DNA of 64,000 bases from Candidatus Poriferihabitaceae bacterium (GCA_965206445.1 CBDBJR010000001.1:146135-210134); one strand, 5' to 3'. Numbered from the stretch's first letter, positions 47,261 through 58,498 are shown. Translations and numbers: made by a program. Notes: generated by a model not told the origin, from the letters alone.

Positions 47261-48010
47261 ATGCATATCCTGCTGAGCAATGATGACGGCTATGCCGCCG
47301 AGGGGCTGCGGGCGCTGGCCGCTGCGGTTTCCAGGGTCGCCGCGATTACCGTGGTGGCGCCCGAACAGAACTGCAGCGGCGCGAGCAATGCGTTGACACT
47401 GCGCAACTCGCTGCGGGTCAGAACCGCCGATAACGGCTTTCTCTATGTCGCCGGCACACCGGCGGATTGCGTTCACCTGGCGATTACCGGCATGCTCGAC
47501 ACGGTGCCGGACATGGTGATTTCCGGCATCAACGCCGGCGCGAATATGGGCGACGATGTGATGTATTCGGGCACCGTTGCGGCGGCTATCGAGGGCCGTT
47601 TCCTCGGCCTGCCGGCGGTCGCGATTTCACTGGCCGGCACGTCCCACTATACAACCGCGGCGCAAGTCATGCTCGAATTGCTGCAGCGCCTGCAGGGCGA
47701 CCCGCTGCCACCGGACACCATCTTGAATATCAACGTACCCGATTGCCCTTACCGGCAGCTGACCGGATGGGCGGCAACCCGAACCGGCGCGCGCCATCAA
47801 TCCCAACCGATCAGCTGCGAATCGCGTAGCGCACAAGGTACGCTCTATCGCATCGGCCCGGTGGGCGACGAGTCTGACGCCGGGCCGGGCACCGATTTTC
47901 ATGCGGTCGCGCAAAATCAGGTGTCGGTAACGCCGCTGCAAATCGATATGACGCGGCATAGCGCGCTGCCGGTGGTGCGGCAATGGCTGGCGGAAATATC
48001 GCCGGCCTGA
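47261..48010 (+). CDS. surE: 5'/3'-nucleotidase SurE
   Basis: MHILLSNDDGY...SGINAGANMGDDVMYSGTVAAA. Confidence 0.9.
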   Translation: MHILLSNDDGYAAEGLRALAAAVSRVAAITVVAPEQNCSGASNALTLRNSLRVRTADNGFLYVAGTPADCVHLAITGMLDTVPDMVISGINAGANMGDDVMYSGTVAAAIEGRFLGLPAVAISLAGTSHYTTAAQVMLELLQRLQGDPLPPDTILNINVPDCPYRQLTGWAATRTGARHQSQPISCESRSAQGTLYRIGPVGDESDAGPGTDFHAVAQNQVSVTPLQIDMTRHSALPVVRQWLAEISPA

Positions 48011-48072
48011 CGACGCCGGCGGTAGACATGATCATGCCGTCAAGCGCCTCCGCTGCACACCAGGGCATCGGC

Positions 48073-48711
48073 ATGACCTCGCTGCGCACGCGGCAGCGTT
48101 TGATTGCGCGCCTGCGCGACCGCGGGATCGAAAACGAAGCCGTATTGCAGGCGATCGAGCAGACCCCGCGGCATCTTTTCATCGACCCGGCGATCGCGCA
48201 CAAGGCCTATGAAGATACCGCGCTGCCCATCGGGCAGCAGCAGACAATCTCGCAGCCGTTCATGGTGGCGTGGATGACGCAATTGCTGTTGGCCGGCAAC
48301 AAGCCGATAAAAAAGGTGCTCGAAGTCGGCACCGGATGCGGCTATCAAACCGCCATTTTGTCCCGGCTGACTGCCTGGGTATTTACCGTTGAGCGCATCG
48401 GATCATTGCAGGAAAAGGCGAAAAACCGCCTGCTGTCGCTGGGCTGCCGGAACATCAGCTTTCTCAACGCCGACGGGTTTCTGGGCTGGGACAGCAATCA
48501 GCCGTTCGATGCGATCCTGGCGGCCGCCGCCCCGACCGCGGTTCCGCAGGCGCTGCTGGATCAACTGCGTATCGGCGGCCGATTGGTGATTCCGGTTGGC
48601 GACCACGAAAACCAGAATCTGTGCCTCATTTTGCGCACCAAAACCGGGTACGACCGGCGGCAGCTCGAAGCGGTGCGGTTCGTTCCCATGTTGAGCGGGA
48701 AAAAAACCTGA
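48073..48711 (+). CDS. pcm: Protein-L-isoaspartate O-methyltransferase
   Basis: Start placed at MTSLRTRQRLIARL..., the canonical Pcm N-terminus. TISQPFMVAWMT and SAM motif VLEVGTGCGYQTA. Confidence 0.85.
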   Translation: MTSLRTRQRLIARLRDRGIENEAVLQAIEQTPRHLFIDPAIAHKAYEDTALPIGQQQTISQPFMVAWMTQLLLAGNKPIKKVLEVGTGCGYQTAILSRLTAWVFTVERIGSLQEKAKNRLLSLGCRNISFLNADGFLGWDSNQPFDAILAAAAPTAVPQALLDQLRIGGRLVIPVGDHENQNLCLILRTKTGYDRRQLEAVRFVPMLSGKKT

Positions 48712-48755
48712 CCAGGCGCCTTATACTCCCACCGCATGCAACCGCATAAAACGAC

Positions 48756-49352
48756 ATGAAACTATTTGGCCCACTGTACCGCTGGGTGTTGACGCTGTCC
48801 CGGCACCGGCAGGCCGAACGCTATCTGGCCGGCATCAGCTTCTTCGAATCATCCGTTTTCCCGGTGCCCACGGCGTTGATGCTGGCCCCGATGGTGCTGG
48901 CGCAGCGCCACCGGGCCTGGCGGCTCGCGGTGGTGGCGACGCTGACGTCGGTATTGGGCGGCATGTTTGGTTATTTCCTCGGCTATGCGCTGTTTGAGCA
49001 GGTTGGCCGGGCCATATTGTCGTTTTATCAGGCCGACACCGCGTTTGCGCTGGTGCAGGCCCAATTCCTCAAATACGGCGTGTGGCTGGTGCTGCTGACC
49101 GGTCTGACGCCGATTCCCTATAAACTATGCACGATCGCATCCGGCGTCATCGGCCTGCCCATCATGCCGTTTGTGATTGGCTCGCTGCTGGGGCGGGCCT
49201 CGCAGTTTTTTCTGATTGCCGGCGTATTGCGGTGGGGCGGGCCTAAAATCGAACCGGTACTGGAAAAATGGATAGAATGGATTGGCTGGACGCTGCTTGT
49301 GAGCGCGGCGATGGCGTATTTTCTGCTGCGCCATGGCCCTTCGGCTGCTTGA
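48756..49352 (+). CDS. YqaA/DedA-related membrane protein
   Basis: 198 aa. FFESSVFPVPTALMLAPM and multiple TM segments. Confidence 0.6.
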   Translation: MKLFGPLYRWVLTLSRHRQAERYLAGISFFESSVFPVPTALMLAPMVLAQRHRAWRLAVVATLTSVLGGMFGYFLGYALFEQVGRAILSFYQADTAFALVQAQFLKYGVWLVLLTGLTPIPYKLCTIASGVIGLPIMPFVIGSLLGRASQFFLIAGVLRWGGPKIEPVLEKWIEWIGWTLLVSAAMAYFLLRHGPSAA

Positions 49353-49404
49353 GCATGCCCCCTTGAACATGACCCTGAAAACAATTTTGAACATGGCCCT
49401 GAAA

Positions 49405-50163
49405 ATGGCGACCCTGAAGCGAATGCAGCAGTGGATGCGTGTGCTGGCGTGCAGCAGTCTTTTGGCGGCCTGCGCCGTATCGAATCCGCCGGTAATCGAC
49501 AAATCCCCCGGCCGGCTGATACCGCCCGAATACATCGTCAAGCAGAATGACAGTTTATACAGTATTGCCTGGGCGTTTGGCGTCGATTTCCAGCAGCTTG
49601 CCCACTGGAACCGGATAGCCAAACCCTATGTGATTCGACCCGGCCAGCGACTGCGATTGCGCCCCGCGCCCGCGGTGCGAGCGGTTGCCACGCAACCGGG
49701 CCCGGCAACCGGGAATACCGCCGCTGCGACCGCAGCGCCGCCAAAAGCACAACCGAAAGGGCCGCCGGCGCCCGCAACCGGGGGCGATTCGGCCGCAATC
49801 AGCTGGATATGGCCGGCAGAGGGCAAACTGGTGGGCACCTATTCGGCCCCCAAAAACGTGCATGGCATTCAAATCGCCGGCCGCAGCGGCACGGCAATCA
49901 ATGCCACCGGTGCCGGCGAAGTGGTCTATGTTGGCGAGGCGCTGCTCGGCTACGGCAAGCTGATTATCGTTCGGCATAACCCGATTTTTCTCAGTGCGTA
50001 CGCGCACAATCAATCGATTCTGGTGGCTGAAGGCGAGCACGTCCGGGCCGGCCAGCAGATCGCCACGATGGGCAGCAGCGGCGCCAACCGAACGATGCTG
50101 CATTTCGAGATCCGCAAACATGGCAAGCCGGTTGACCCGCTTACCTATCTGGTGCGGCAGTGA
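49405..50163 (+). CDS. nlpD: LysM + M23 peptidase lipoprotein (NlpD-like)
   Basis: Lipobox SLLAAC, LysM YIVKQNDSLYSIAWAFGVDFQQLAHWN, Pro/Ala-rich linker, M23 domain ...MLHFEIRKHGKPVDP. The start among 49405/49423/49435 is uncertain. Confidence 0.75.
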   Translation: MATLKRMQQWMRVLACSSLLAACAVSNPPVIDKSPGRLIPPEYIVKQNDSLYSIAWAFGVDFQQLAHWNRIAKPYVIRPGQRLRLRPAPAVRAVATQPGPATGNTAAATAAPPKAQPKGPPAPATGGDSAAISWIWPAEGKLVGTYSAPKNVHGIQIAGRSGTAINATGAGEVVYVGEALLGYGKLIIVRHNPIFLSAYAHNQSILVAEGEHVRAGQQIATMGSSGANRTMLHFEIRKHGKPVDPLTYLVRQ

Positions 50164-50207
50164 GGGTATGCAGCGCGGCGCCGAAAACAACGATCGGGCG
50201 CGTTTGG

Positions 50208-50462
50208 CTAGGCTGACGGCTGTCGGCGGCGCCGGATATGTTCCAATACATCCAGCTTTTGTTCGCGGGTCATAATAATCCAGTTGCGAATCTCATCCGC
50301 ACTGCGATAGCAGCCGCGACAAAACGGGTCGCCGTTAAACGCACACACCGATACGCAGGGCGACGGCACCAGATAATCCACCGGCGCCTGCAGCCGCTGC
50401 CGGCGGCGTTGTCGCCGGGCCGAGACGCGACCGGGGTCGTCTGATTTACTGTGCACCGTCAT
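50208..50462 (-). CDS. DUF1289-family small Cys-rich protein
   Basis: SPCVSVCAFNGDPFCRGCYRSADEIRNW. Confidence 0.7.
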   Translation of the reverse strand: MTVHSKSDDPGRVSARRQRRRQRLQAPVDYLVPSPCVSVCAFNGDPFCRGCYRSADEIRNWIIMTREQKLDVLEHIRRRRQPSA

Positions 50463-50520
50463 GGATTACCGGAATGTTCAAACTGCAATTGATGCCGATA
50501 GCGGCGGATTCCACCGGGGA

Positions 50521-50958
50521 TTAAAAAACGACGATCAACAGCAACAATACGACCTGGGCCAAACTCAGCATCATGCTGTGTTTGCGCAGCTTGTTAAACG
50601 CAATTTTGTCATTCGACTGATCGCTGGCCAGCCATTTGTCCCGCGCCTGCGCCATCTGCCGAATCAAAAACTGCCGGCAATAAACAAAGCTGATCAGTAC
50701 CAGTGCCAGCAGCATAATATTTATCGGCGAGGTCCAGAAAGACAGCACCAGCGCGACCGTTGAAAACCCGATGCCCCAAAGGCAGTAGCGGGAAAACAAC
50801 TTGTGCAATGCCGCCCCGGCCGGCTCGAAATCCAGCAGTTGATCCAGAGTCGGCGACGCCAGGCAGGCAAAAAACAGTACCGAACCCAGCAGCAGCGTCA
50901 CCACCAGATCCAAAGTCATTGAGATTGACATCACGTTGCCCTCATGGTTACCGGTCAC
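50521..50958 (-). CDS. Small membrane protein (DUF4149-like, tentative)
   Basis: 145 aa with four hydrophobic segments. The family assignment comes from memory of the topology only. Confidence 0.35.
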   Translation of the reverse strand: MTGNHEGNVMSISMTLDLVVTLLLGSVLFFACLASPTLDQLLDFEPAGAALHKLFSRYCLWGIGFSTVALVLSFWTSPINIMLLALVLISFVYCRQFLIRQMAQARDKWLASDQSNDKIAFNKLRKHSMMLSLAQVVLLLLIVVF

Positions 50959-51089
50959 CGACTAACCGTATCGATCAGACTCGGCAAGTGCGCATACCGC
51001 CGCCGGCGTGCCGGTTTTATCCGTGACCGGCGCGTATAGCATAGATCGATTTTCATCGTGACGCGACCGGTAAATACGCCGGCTGCGGC

Positions 51090-51527
51090 TCAGTTGACCG
51101 GCGGCGCTGCCATCGCATCGGCGAATGCGCCGGTGTCGGCGTAGATTTCATATTGACAGATAGCACCATTGCGCAATGTGAAAATATTCACCATCCCGCC
51201 GGTTACCAGCTTGCCGGTCGCCCGCATCCGCCATACGCCGCTGCACTGTACCACCACTTTTGCGTGCGCGGCTATCGTATCCAGTTTTTTCACTTCGACA
51301 ATATCGACATGGGTTTTGATCCGCGTCAAAAATTTATCGAAGCCGTCCGCGCCGCTGTATTGACCGGCCCACGGCAGCCGTCCGCTCTGACCGTGATAAA
51401 TGATCTTTATATCGGCCGACAACAGGGCGCCCAGCCGCTCCCGGTCCCGCGCCGCCAGGGCCTGATAGAAGTGCTCGATAACGGCCTCGCTGCTGTCGCC
51501 CATGTGATCGCTCAGGTGATCGCACAT
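51090..51527 (-). CDS. NTF2/SnoaL-like fold protein
   Basis: VIEHFYQALAARDRERLGALLSADI...NIFTLRNGAICQYEIYADT. Confidence 0.55.
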   Translation of the reverse strand: MCDHLSDHMGDSSEAVIEHFYQALAARDRERLGALLSADIKIIYHGQSGRLPWAGQYSGADGFDKFLTRIKTHVDIVEVKKLDTIAAHAKVVVQCSGVWRMRATGKLVTGGMVNIFTLRNGAICQYEIYADTGAFADAMAAPPVN

Positions 51528-51608
51528 GTCCTCACCAAATATGTCGGCTCAACCGAAACACACGGCGCAAGCAAACGAGAAATAATCACACGCATTCAAA
51601 TGGCCCCC

Positions 51609-52169
51609 TCAAATAATTGGTCCGTCCTTTTCCCGCTTGAGAAAATCAACGGCATTACGCACCCCGATCAGATGCGGATTCACTTTCAGTGCGCGCTTAA
51701 AATACCGTAATGCCGAATCTCTGTCGTACTCCTGCAAATGAATCATGCCCTGACCGGAAAGCGCGCCAAAGTGCCTCGGCTCAAGCAGCAGCGTTTCGGC
51801 CACATCGGCAGTAGAAAGCGCATACTCGCCCATCATGTAATACACCGTGGCGCGTTTATTCCAGGCCTCGGCAAACGTCGGCGCCATGTTTATCGCCGCG
51901 GTAAATTTTTCCACCGCCGCCGGCAGGTCGGCCGCATTCATATCCCGTATGCCTTGCTGCATCAGCTGCTCGAGCACCGGATTATCCGTTTGCAGCCAGC
52001 GCCGCCAGATTTGGCGAGCAACCGCATCCGCCTCGTATTGCCCGATATCCTGCTGCAACTGCCCAAACAGTGCGTCCAGCTCGGGCGCGTTTTGATCGGC
52101 GTACGATTGCCCGTCGAACACCCCGGCCATAAACACCGCCGCAAACAGCGCAAAGATGGCATTTTTCAT
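51609..52169 (-). CDS. Secreted TPR-repeat protein
   Basis: Trimmed to MKNAIFALFAAVFMAGVFDGQSYA (signal peptide). TPR-like repeats (AEAWNKRATVYYMMGEY..., ...ALRYFKRALKVNP). Confidence 0.6.
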   Translation of the reverse strand: MKNAIFALFAAVFMAGVFDGQSYADQNAPELDALFGQLQQDIGQYEADAVARQIWRRWLQTDNPVLEQLMQQGIRDMNAADLPAAVEKFTAAINMAPTFAEAWNKRATVYYMMGEYALSTADVAETLLLEPRHFGALSGQGMIHLQEYDRDSALRYFKRALKVNPHLIGVRNAVDFLKREKDGPII

Positions 52170-52642
52170 ACTGTCTCCTCGATCGTGTTCATGCCGCACC
52201 CGGCAGATAAAAATACGCACCCCATTACGCCGTCTTTGAGCTCCGCTTGCAGATCAAAGATCGAGGCGGTTGTAAAGCGCGCATCCTGCTTGCTTACCGG
52301 GTGGGGAATCCGCGCATTGAATGCCTGCCAATCGTACTTATGGAATAACGGGAAGGCGTCTACCGCAAGATAGTCGATCAACGGGGCATACCGCATCGCG
52401 CGATCATAAACCGGGTTGGCCTCCTCAGGGTTGGTTATTCTGCGCAGCACCTGACGGCCGTTGTTGCCGATCACATCAAACAGCTCGCCGCGCTCGGCCC
52501 GGCGCGCATACGCTGCGGTCACTTGCTGTAATTCCCGTACCAGATCGCTCGGCAGAAATTCCGGCAACACCACGAAGCCGTCGCGGCGGTATTGCCGTTC
52601 CAGCTCGCTCAACCGACCATGCTTGCCGCTCTCGGTCATCAT
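52166..52642 (-). CDS. PhyH (phytanoyl-CoA dioxygenase)-like N-terminal-domain protein, possibly truncated
   Basis: Trimmed to MMTESGKHG.... YRRDGFVVLPEFLPSDLVRELQ resembles a PhyH N-terminus, but no HxD...H facial triad is visible and the product is only 158 aa. ATGA overlap with the TPR gene. Confidence 0.3.
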   Translation of the reverse strand: MMTESGKHGRLSELERQYRRDGFVVLPEFLPSDLVRELQQVTAAYARRAERGELFDVIGNNGRQVLRRITNPEEANPVYDRAMRYAPLIDYLAVDAFPLFHKYDWQAFNARIPHPVSKQDARFTTASIFDLQAELKDGVMGCVFLSAGCGMNTIEETV

Positions 52643-52751
52643 ACGCCCCTCCCGATTGATAACAACACGACAGTAACAGACTCCGGGGCATTCTAAAACA
52701 GGCCGGTCGGCACTGTAAACCGGTGCGCAACCGGCCGCGCCCGGCAGGCGC

Positions 52752-53513
52752 CTACTGCCGCAACTTATAGCCGGTTTTGAAAATCCACCCGACCAGGGCA
52801 ATGCAAATCAACAAAAAAGCCCCGACCATCGTCAGGCTGGTATACACACTGACATCCGCGATCTCATAAAAGCTCCAGCGAAAGCCGCTCACCAGATACA
52901 ACACCGGATTGAACAGCGTCACTGTTTGCCATGCCTCGGGCAGCATGTTGATCGAATAGAAGCTGCCGCCGAGAAACACCAGCGGCGTCACTATCAGCAG
53001 CGGGATGATTTGCAGCTTCTCGAAATTGTCGGCCCAGATGCCAATCAAAAAACCAAACAGGCTGAACGTGACCGCGGTCAAAAACAAAAACAGCAGCATC
53101 CACCAGAAATGCAGTATCTCGATCGGCACAAACAAGCCGGCGGTGGCCAGTATGATCAGACCCACGGCCAGCGATTTTGTCGTCGCCGCGCCGACATAAC
53201 CGACGACGATTTCCAGATACGAGATCGGCGCCGACAGGATCTCGTAAATCGTGCCGGTAAACCGGGGGAAAAAGATGCCGAACGACGCGTTGGATACGCT
53301 TTGCGTCATCAGCGCCAGCATAATCAACCCCGGCACGATGAAGGAGCCGTACGACACGCCCTCGACTTCGGTAATGCGCGAGCCTATCGCCGAACCGAAC
53401 ACGATGAAATACAGCGAGGTGGAAATAACCGGCGACACGATGCTCTGAAACAGCGTACGCTTGGCGCGAGACATCTCGAACAGATAGATCGACTTGACGC
53501 CGTACAGATTCAC
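52752..53513 (-). CDS. ABC-2-type transporter permease (YadH-like)
   Basis: 253 aa with six TM segments. Coupled (4-nt overlap) to the upstream ATPase. Confidence 0.75.
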   Translation of the reverse strand: MNLYGVKSIYLFEMSRAKRTLFQSIVSPVISTSLYFIVFGSAIGSRITEVEGVSYGSFIVPGLIMLALMTQSVSNASFGIFFPRFTGTIYEILSAPISYLEIVVGYVGAATTKSLAVGLIILATAGLFVPIEILHFWWMLLFLFLTAVTFSLFGFLIGIWADNFEKLQIIPLLIVTPLVFLGGSFYSINMLPEAWQTVTLFNPVLYLVSGFRWSFYEIADVSVYTSLTMVGAFLLICIALVGWIFKTGYKLRQ

Positions 53514-54433
53514 CGTGCCGCCTCCACCAAATCAACAAAAATATCTTCCAGCGAGCTTTGCGTGGTATGCAGATCTTTGAATGTAATGCCGACCCGGTTA
53601 AGCGATTTCAGCAGCCTGGTAATACCGGTGCGCTGTTTTACCGTATCGTAGGTATACATCAACTGTGCGCCGTTATGCAAAATCTCGAGGTGGTATTCGG
53701 CCAGCTCTTGCGGCAGCACCGTAACCGGGCGGTGCAAATCCAGCACCAGCTGCTTGCGCCCCATCTTGCGCATCAAATCCGTCTTCTGCTCGACCAACAG
53801 CAACCTGCCGTCGCTGATTACCCCGACCCGATCCGCTATATTTTCCGCCTCTTCGATGTAATGGGTGGTCAGGATTATCGTCACACTGTTGTCCCTCAAG
53901 CGGCGAATAAGCTGCCACATCTCTTTGCGTAGCGAAACATCCACCCCGGCGGTCGGCTCATCCAGAAATAAAATTTCCGGCTCATGCGCCAATGCCTTGG
54001 CGATCATCACCCGGCGCTTCATGCCGCCGGACAGTGCCATGATGTGGCTGTGTCGCTTGTCCCACAGCGACAGGTCGTTGAGTACTTTTTCAATAAAGAC
54101 CGGATTCGGCGGCCGGGCAAACAGCCCGCGGCTGAACGACACGGTATTGAACACGGTCTCGAACGTGTCGGTCGTCAACTCCTGCGGCACCAGGCCAATC
54201 ATGGCCCGGGCGGCCCGATAATCGCGAATAATATCATGCCCGGCAACCGTGACACTGCCGGCACTCGGATTCACCAGACCGCAGATAATGCTGATCAGTG
54301 TGGTCTTGCCCGCGCCATTGGGGCCGAGCAGCGCAATGATCTCGCCGGCATGAATATCGATATCGATCGAGTCGAGCGCCTGCACGCCGTCCGCGTAGGT
54401 CTTGTTCAGGTTTTTTACTTCTATCAGTGGCAC
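53510..54433 (-). CDS. ABC transporter ATP-binding protein (YadG-like)
   Basis: [24 protein letters not shown] and [10 protein letters not shown]. Confidence 0.8.
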   Translation of the reverse strand: MPLIEVKNLNKTYADGVQALDSIDIDIHAGEIIALLGPNGAGKTTLISIICGLVNPSAGSVTVAGHDIIRDYRAARAMIGLVPQELTTDTFETVFNTVSFSRGLFARPPNPVFIEKVLNDLSLWDKRHSHIMALSGGMKRRVMIAKALAHEPEILFLDEPTAGVDVSLRKEMWQLIRRLRDNSVTIILTTHYIEEAENIADRVGVISDGRLLLVEQKTDLMRKMGRKQLVLDLHRPVTVLPQELAEYHLEILHNGAQLMYTYDTVKQRTGITRLLKSLNRVGITFKDLHTTQSSLEDIFVDLVEAAR

Positions 54434-54518
54434 GATCGATTCGGGTTGTTTTATTGCGCTGTTGAATGGCCGTCGAGCCGCCGCTCGTCAGGCCGCCTGC
54501 AACGGCACGGCGACGGCC

Positions 54519-55544
54519 TCACTCGGGCGCGGCGACGCGGGCCAGCAACGCGGCAAACTGATCGAGAAATGCCGCACTCAGCTGTACCGTGATCGGCAGC
54601 ACCCAGACGTCTTCCGGGAGTGCCAGCGAGGTGCATTTGACCGCATCTTTTTCCGTCATAATAATCGTGCTGTCGGCATCTGCAAACGCGAAATCGGCAT
54701 CATCATAGCAGTGATGATCGGCAAATACATGTTTGACCAGGCGCAGTCCGGCCCGTTCGAGGCAATCAAAAAACCGCTTCGGGTTACCCAATCCGGCAAC
54801 CGCATGCACCCGCCGGCCGGCGAATTCGCCCAACTGCCGGTGCTGTCGGCGGTCCAGGCGATAGAGCGCGTCGGCGGTGATGGTATACCGATGGCACGGC
54901 CGCCCCGCCAGTGCCTGCCAGCCCGGCAGCGCCGTCGCCGGACCACCGTTGACCACCAGCAGGCTGGCGCGCTTCAACGCCGACCGCGGCTCACGCAGCG
55001 GCCCGGCCGGCAGGCACCAGCCGTTGCCCAGCCCGCGCTCACCGTCGATGACCACAATATCGAGGTCGCGGTGCAGCCGCAAATGCTGAAACCCGTCATC
55101 ACTGACGACCACATTGCAGCCGTGCTGTTGAATCAATCGGCGCGCGGCCGCCACCCGGTCGGCGCCGACCACCACCGGAATGCGGCAGCGGTGAAAAATC
55201 AACACCGGCTCATCGCCCACCGCGGCCGGCGCATCGTTGGCCGTCACCGACCGCGGCGGCACAATCGGCTGGCCGCCATAGCCCCTGGCAACGACACCGA
55301 CCGCATACCCCCGGCGCTGCAGCACCGCCACCAGCGCGATCAACAACGGCGTCTTGCCAGTGCCGCCGACACTCAGATTGCCGACCACGATAACCGGCAC
55401 CGGCAGCTTGCAGCGCGCGCGCACCCCGGCCCGATACCCCCAGGCCCGTAACTGCATCACCCCCGCATTCAGCAGCCCCACCGGATACAACAACCGATTC
55501 ATCCAGCCCGGCTTAGTCCAGCCTCGCTGGATCCGTTGCAGCAT
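54519..55544 (-). CDS. lpxK: Tetraacyldisaccharide 4'-kinase
   Basis: PVPVIVVGNLSVGGTGKTP. Lies immediately downstream of msbA. Confidence 0.85.
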   Translation of the reverse strand: MLQRIQRGWTKPGWMNRLLYPVGLLNAGVMQLRAWGYRAGVRARCKLPVPVIVVGNLSVGGTGKTPLLIALVAVLQRRGYAVGVVARGYGGQPIVPPRSVTANDAPAAVGDEPVLIFHRCRIPVVVGADRVAAARRLIQQHGCNVVVSDDGFQHLRLHRDLDIVVIDGERGLGNGWCLPAGPLREPRSALKRASLLVVNGGPATALPGWQALAGRPCHRYTITADALYRLDRRQHRQLGEFAGRRVHAVAGLGNPKRFFDCLERAGLRLVKHVFADHHCYDDADFAFADADSTIIMTEKDAVKCTSLALPEDVWVLPITVQLSAAFLDQFAALLARVAAPE

Positions 55545-55547
55545 GAT

Positions 55548-57308
55548 TTATCGCGGCAGCCGATCCGGTTCGCCCTGATCGGATTGGTGATACAGTCGGG
55601 AGTACGCGCCGCCCAGCCGCATCAGCTCGGGATGCGTTCCGCGCTCGACAATCCGCCCGGCGTCCAGCATCAGAATCAAGTCGGCGCGCTTAATCGTACT
55701 GAGACGATGCGCAATAATCAGGGTAGTGCGGTTGTCAATCAGCTTTTCGATAGCCTGCTGAATATGCCTCTCGGAATGAGAATCGAGCGAGGACGTGGCC
55801 TCGTCCAGTATCAGCAGCGGCGCATCTTTGTACAGCGCCCGCGCAATGGCAATGCGCTGCCGCTGCCCGCCGGATAACCGGATGCCCTGCTCGCCCACCA
55901 GCGTATCCAGCCCCTCCGGCAAGCGGTCGACAAACTCGCCGACATGCGCCGCCTCGACCGCCGCCAGCAGCTTGTGCTGATCGACCGGGGCCGGCGCGCC
56001 GTACGTGATATTGTTGCGAATCGACTGATCAAACAGCGTGATCTCCTGCGTCACCATGGCCATGTTCTGCCGCAACGACGACAGCTTGATGTCATTCAGC
56101 GGCTGGCCGTCAATTTCAATCACCCCCTGCGAGCACTCATAAAAGCGCAGCAGCAGCGACACCAGGGTGGACTTGCCGCTGCCGGAGACCCCGACCAGGG
56201 CCACGGTGGAACCGGCCGCGATATCGAAGCTGACGTGATCCAGCACCCGCTTGCCGTCCGCTTTATACTGAAAACAAATATCCTTGAACGACACGTTGCC
56301 GACGATATGCGGCAATATCCGGCTGCCCCGATCCGGTTCCGCCGGCAGATCGATGGTCCGAAAGATCGACTCGGCGCCGGCCATGCCGACCTGAATCGCC
56401 TGATTGACCCCGGACAGATTTTTAATCGGCCGCATCAGCATGCTCATTGACAGCAAATAGGACGAAAACACGCCCGGAGAAATCTCCTGATACAGCGCCA
56501 GCCAGACGACGCCGGCAATGCCGCCGCCGGAAACCAGCGCGATCAACGGCGCACTGATAGCCTGCACCGTGTTCAGCTTCATCAACTGCTGTCGATTGCG
56601 ATTGTTGGCGCGGTAGAACTCTTTTCCCTGATAGTCATGCGCGCCAAATATTTTCATCACGCGGTTGCCCTGAAAAGCCTCCCTGGCGACATGCGCAATC
56701 TCGCCGACACTGTCTTGTATACGCAAACTGATAGCGCGAAAACGCCTGCTCGACAGCTTAAAAATAAAGAACGCAAGCGGCAGAATCAGCATAAAAACCA
56801 GCGACAATTTCCAGCTCAGATAAAACATCCAGGTCAGCAGGAAAATGGTCTTGCAGACGTCGCGAAACAGCACGCGAAACACCGAACTGCTGGCCTGGGC
56901 AACCTGCTCGACATCATGGGTCAGCCGCGACACCATCCTGTTGGTGGAATGGCGGTCAAAATAGCTTACCGGGGCGTAGATCATCTGCTCAAACATGCGC
57001 TGGCGCAGATTCTGAATCACCCGCCGGGCCACCCAGATGGTGCAATAATTATCGCAAAACGTGCCCAGCGCGCGCATCAGCGCCAGCAAAAACAGCAACA
57101 GTGGCACCCACTGAATAAAATTCTGCTCCTGATCCACAAAGCCCCGGTCCATAATCGGTTTGAGCACCGCTGCAAAACCGGCGTCACTTGCCGCCACCAC
57201 CAGCATACCGAGCAGCGCGATAGCAAACATCGCCTTGTACGGCAGTACGTAGCCCAGTAATCGCCGGTATAACTGCAATCCGTTGGCAGGGTTTGAGGGG
57301 GTGGTCAC
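55548..57308 (-). CDS. msbA: Lipid A export ABC transporter MsbA
   Basis: 586 aa, six-TM domain plus NBD (GVSGSGKST, LSGGQRQRIAIARAL, LLILDEATS). msbA-lpxK synteny. Confidence 0.85.
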   Translation of the reverse strand: MTTPSNPANGLQLYRRLLGYVLPYKAMFAIALLGMLVVAASDAGFAAVLKPIMDRGFVDQEQNFIQWVPLLLFLLALMRALGTFCDNYCTIWVARRVIQNLRQRMFEQMIYAPVSYFDRHSTNRMVSRLTHDVEQVAQASSSVFRVLFRDVCKTIFLLTWMFYLSWKLSLVFMLILPLAFFIFKLSSRRFRAISLRIQDSVGEIAHVAREAFQGNRVMKIFGAHDYQGKEFYRANNRNRQQLMKLNTVQAISAPLIALVSGGGIAGVVWLALYQEISPGVFSSYLLSMSMLMRPIKNLSGVNQAIQVGMAGAESIFRTIDLPAEPDRGSRILPHIVGNVSFKDICFQYKADGKRVLDHVSFDIAAGSTVALVGVSGSGKSTLVSLLLRFYECSQGVIEIDGQPLNDIKLSSLRQNMAMVTQEITLFDQSIRNNITYGAPAPVDQHKLLAAVEAAHVGEFVDRLPEGLDTLVGEQGIRLSGGQRQRIAIARALYKDAPLLILDEATSSLDSHSERHIQQAIEKLIDNRTTLIIAHRLSTIKRADLILMLDAGRIVERGTHPELMRLGGAYSRLYHQSDQGEPDRLPR

Positions 57309-57556
57309 GCCGATAACAGGCCGATAAGGGATCGGGGCGGTTCTGCCGGGCGGCTATGCCGGCGCAACCGCGACGCCTGGCCGGTCACTGTCATGCAGCC
57401 GACAGCGCCCGTTTGACCGGCACTGCGCGCCCGCATTTCCACCGGTCGGACAACCGCCGGCAGCGGACAGATACGCAGACATGGCCTGATCTGGCGCCGC
57501 GCAGACGGTGTTATCCGGTTCAGCCGCCTGACGTGGATGCGGCGCATCGATAGCGG

Positions 57557-58498
57557 TCAGCCGGTTTTTTCCAGTTCAGCCTGCAGCGCCGGCACCGCGT
57601 TGAACAAATCTTCATCCCAGCCATAATCGGCCACCTGGAAAATCGGCGCCTCGGCATCGTTGTTGATCGCCACAATCACCTTGGAATCCTTCATCCCGGC
57701 CAGATGCTGAATCGCACCGGAGATGCCGACGGCGACATACAGATCGGGCGCAACCACCTTACCGGTTTGCCCGACCTGATAATCATTCGGCACAAATCCG
57801 GCATCGACCGCCGCCCGGGACGCGCCGACGGCGCCGTTCAGCCGCTCGGCCAGCTGGTCCAGCAGCGCAAAGTTATCGCCGTTTTGCATCCCGCGCCCGC
57901 CCGATATGACCACGCGCGCCGACGCCAGCTCCGGGCGCTCGCTGTGGCTCAGCATCTGCTCGACAAACTGCACCTGATCGGTGGCACCGGCCGCATCGAG
58001 CACTACGCTCCCGGCGTCGCCGCCGGTTTCGCTGGCCGGCTCAAACGCCGTCGTGCGCACGGTGATAAACTTGATGCGATCGGACGACTTCACCGTGGCC
58101 ATCGCATTGCCGGCATAAATCGGCCGCACAAACGTATCCGCGTCAATCACCGCACTGATATCCGAGATCGCCTGACAATCGCACAGCGCGGCGACGTAGG
58201 GAATCAGCGCCTTGCCAAACGTCGAGGCCGGCGCCAGCACGTGGCCATAGCCGTCGATATTCGCCTGCACCAGCCGCGCCATGTTTTCCGTAATCTGGTT
58301 GGCATAGCTATCCGCATCGGCCACCAGCACCCGGGCCACACCGGCAATGTTGCCGATGCGCTCGGCGATCCCGGCGACCTCTTTGCCGGCCAGCAACACC
58401 GCCACCTCGCCGCCGATCTGCCCGGCAGCGGTGACGCAATGTAGCGTGCCCGGCGAAAGCCGGGCGCCGTCGTGCTCCGCAATCACAAGAATGCTCAT
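57557..58498 (-). CDS. etfA: Electron transfer flavoprotein alpha subunit
   Basis: 313 aa. C-terminal FAD-binding region ...[28 protein letters not shown]. Confidence 0.9.
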   Translation of the reverse strand: MSILVIAEHDGARLSPGTLHCVTAAGQIGGEVAVLLAGKEVAGIAERIGNIAGVARVLVADADSYANQITENMARLVQANIDGYGHVLAPASTFGKALIPYVAALCDCQAISDISAVIDADTFVRPIYAGNAMATVKSSDRIKFITVRTTAFEPASETGGDAGSVVLDAAGATDQVQFVEQMLSHSERPELASARVVISGGRGMQNGDNFALLDQLAERLNGAVGASRAAVDAGFVPNDYQVGQTGKVVAPDLYVAVGISGAIQHLAGMKDSKVIVAINNDAEAPIFQVADYGWDEDLFNAVPALQAELEKTG

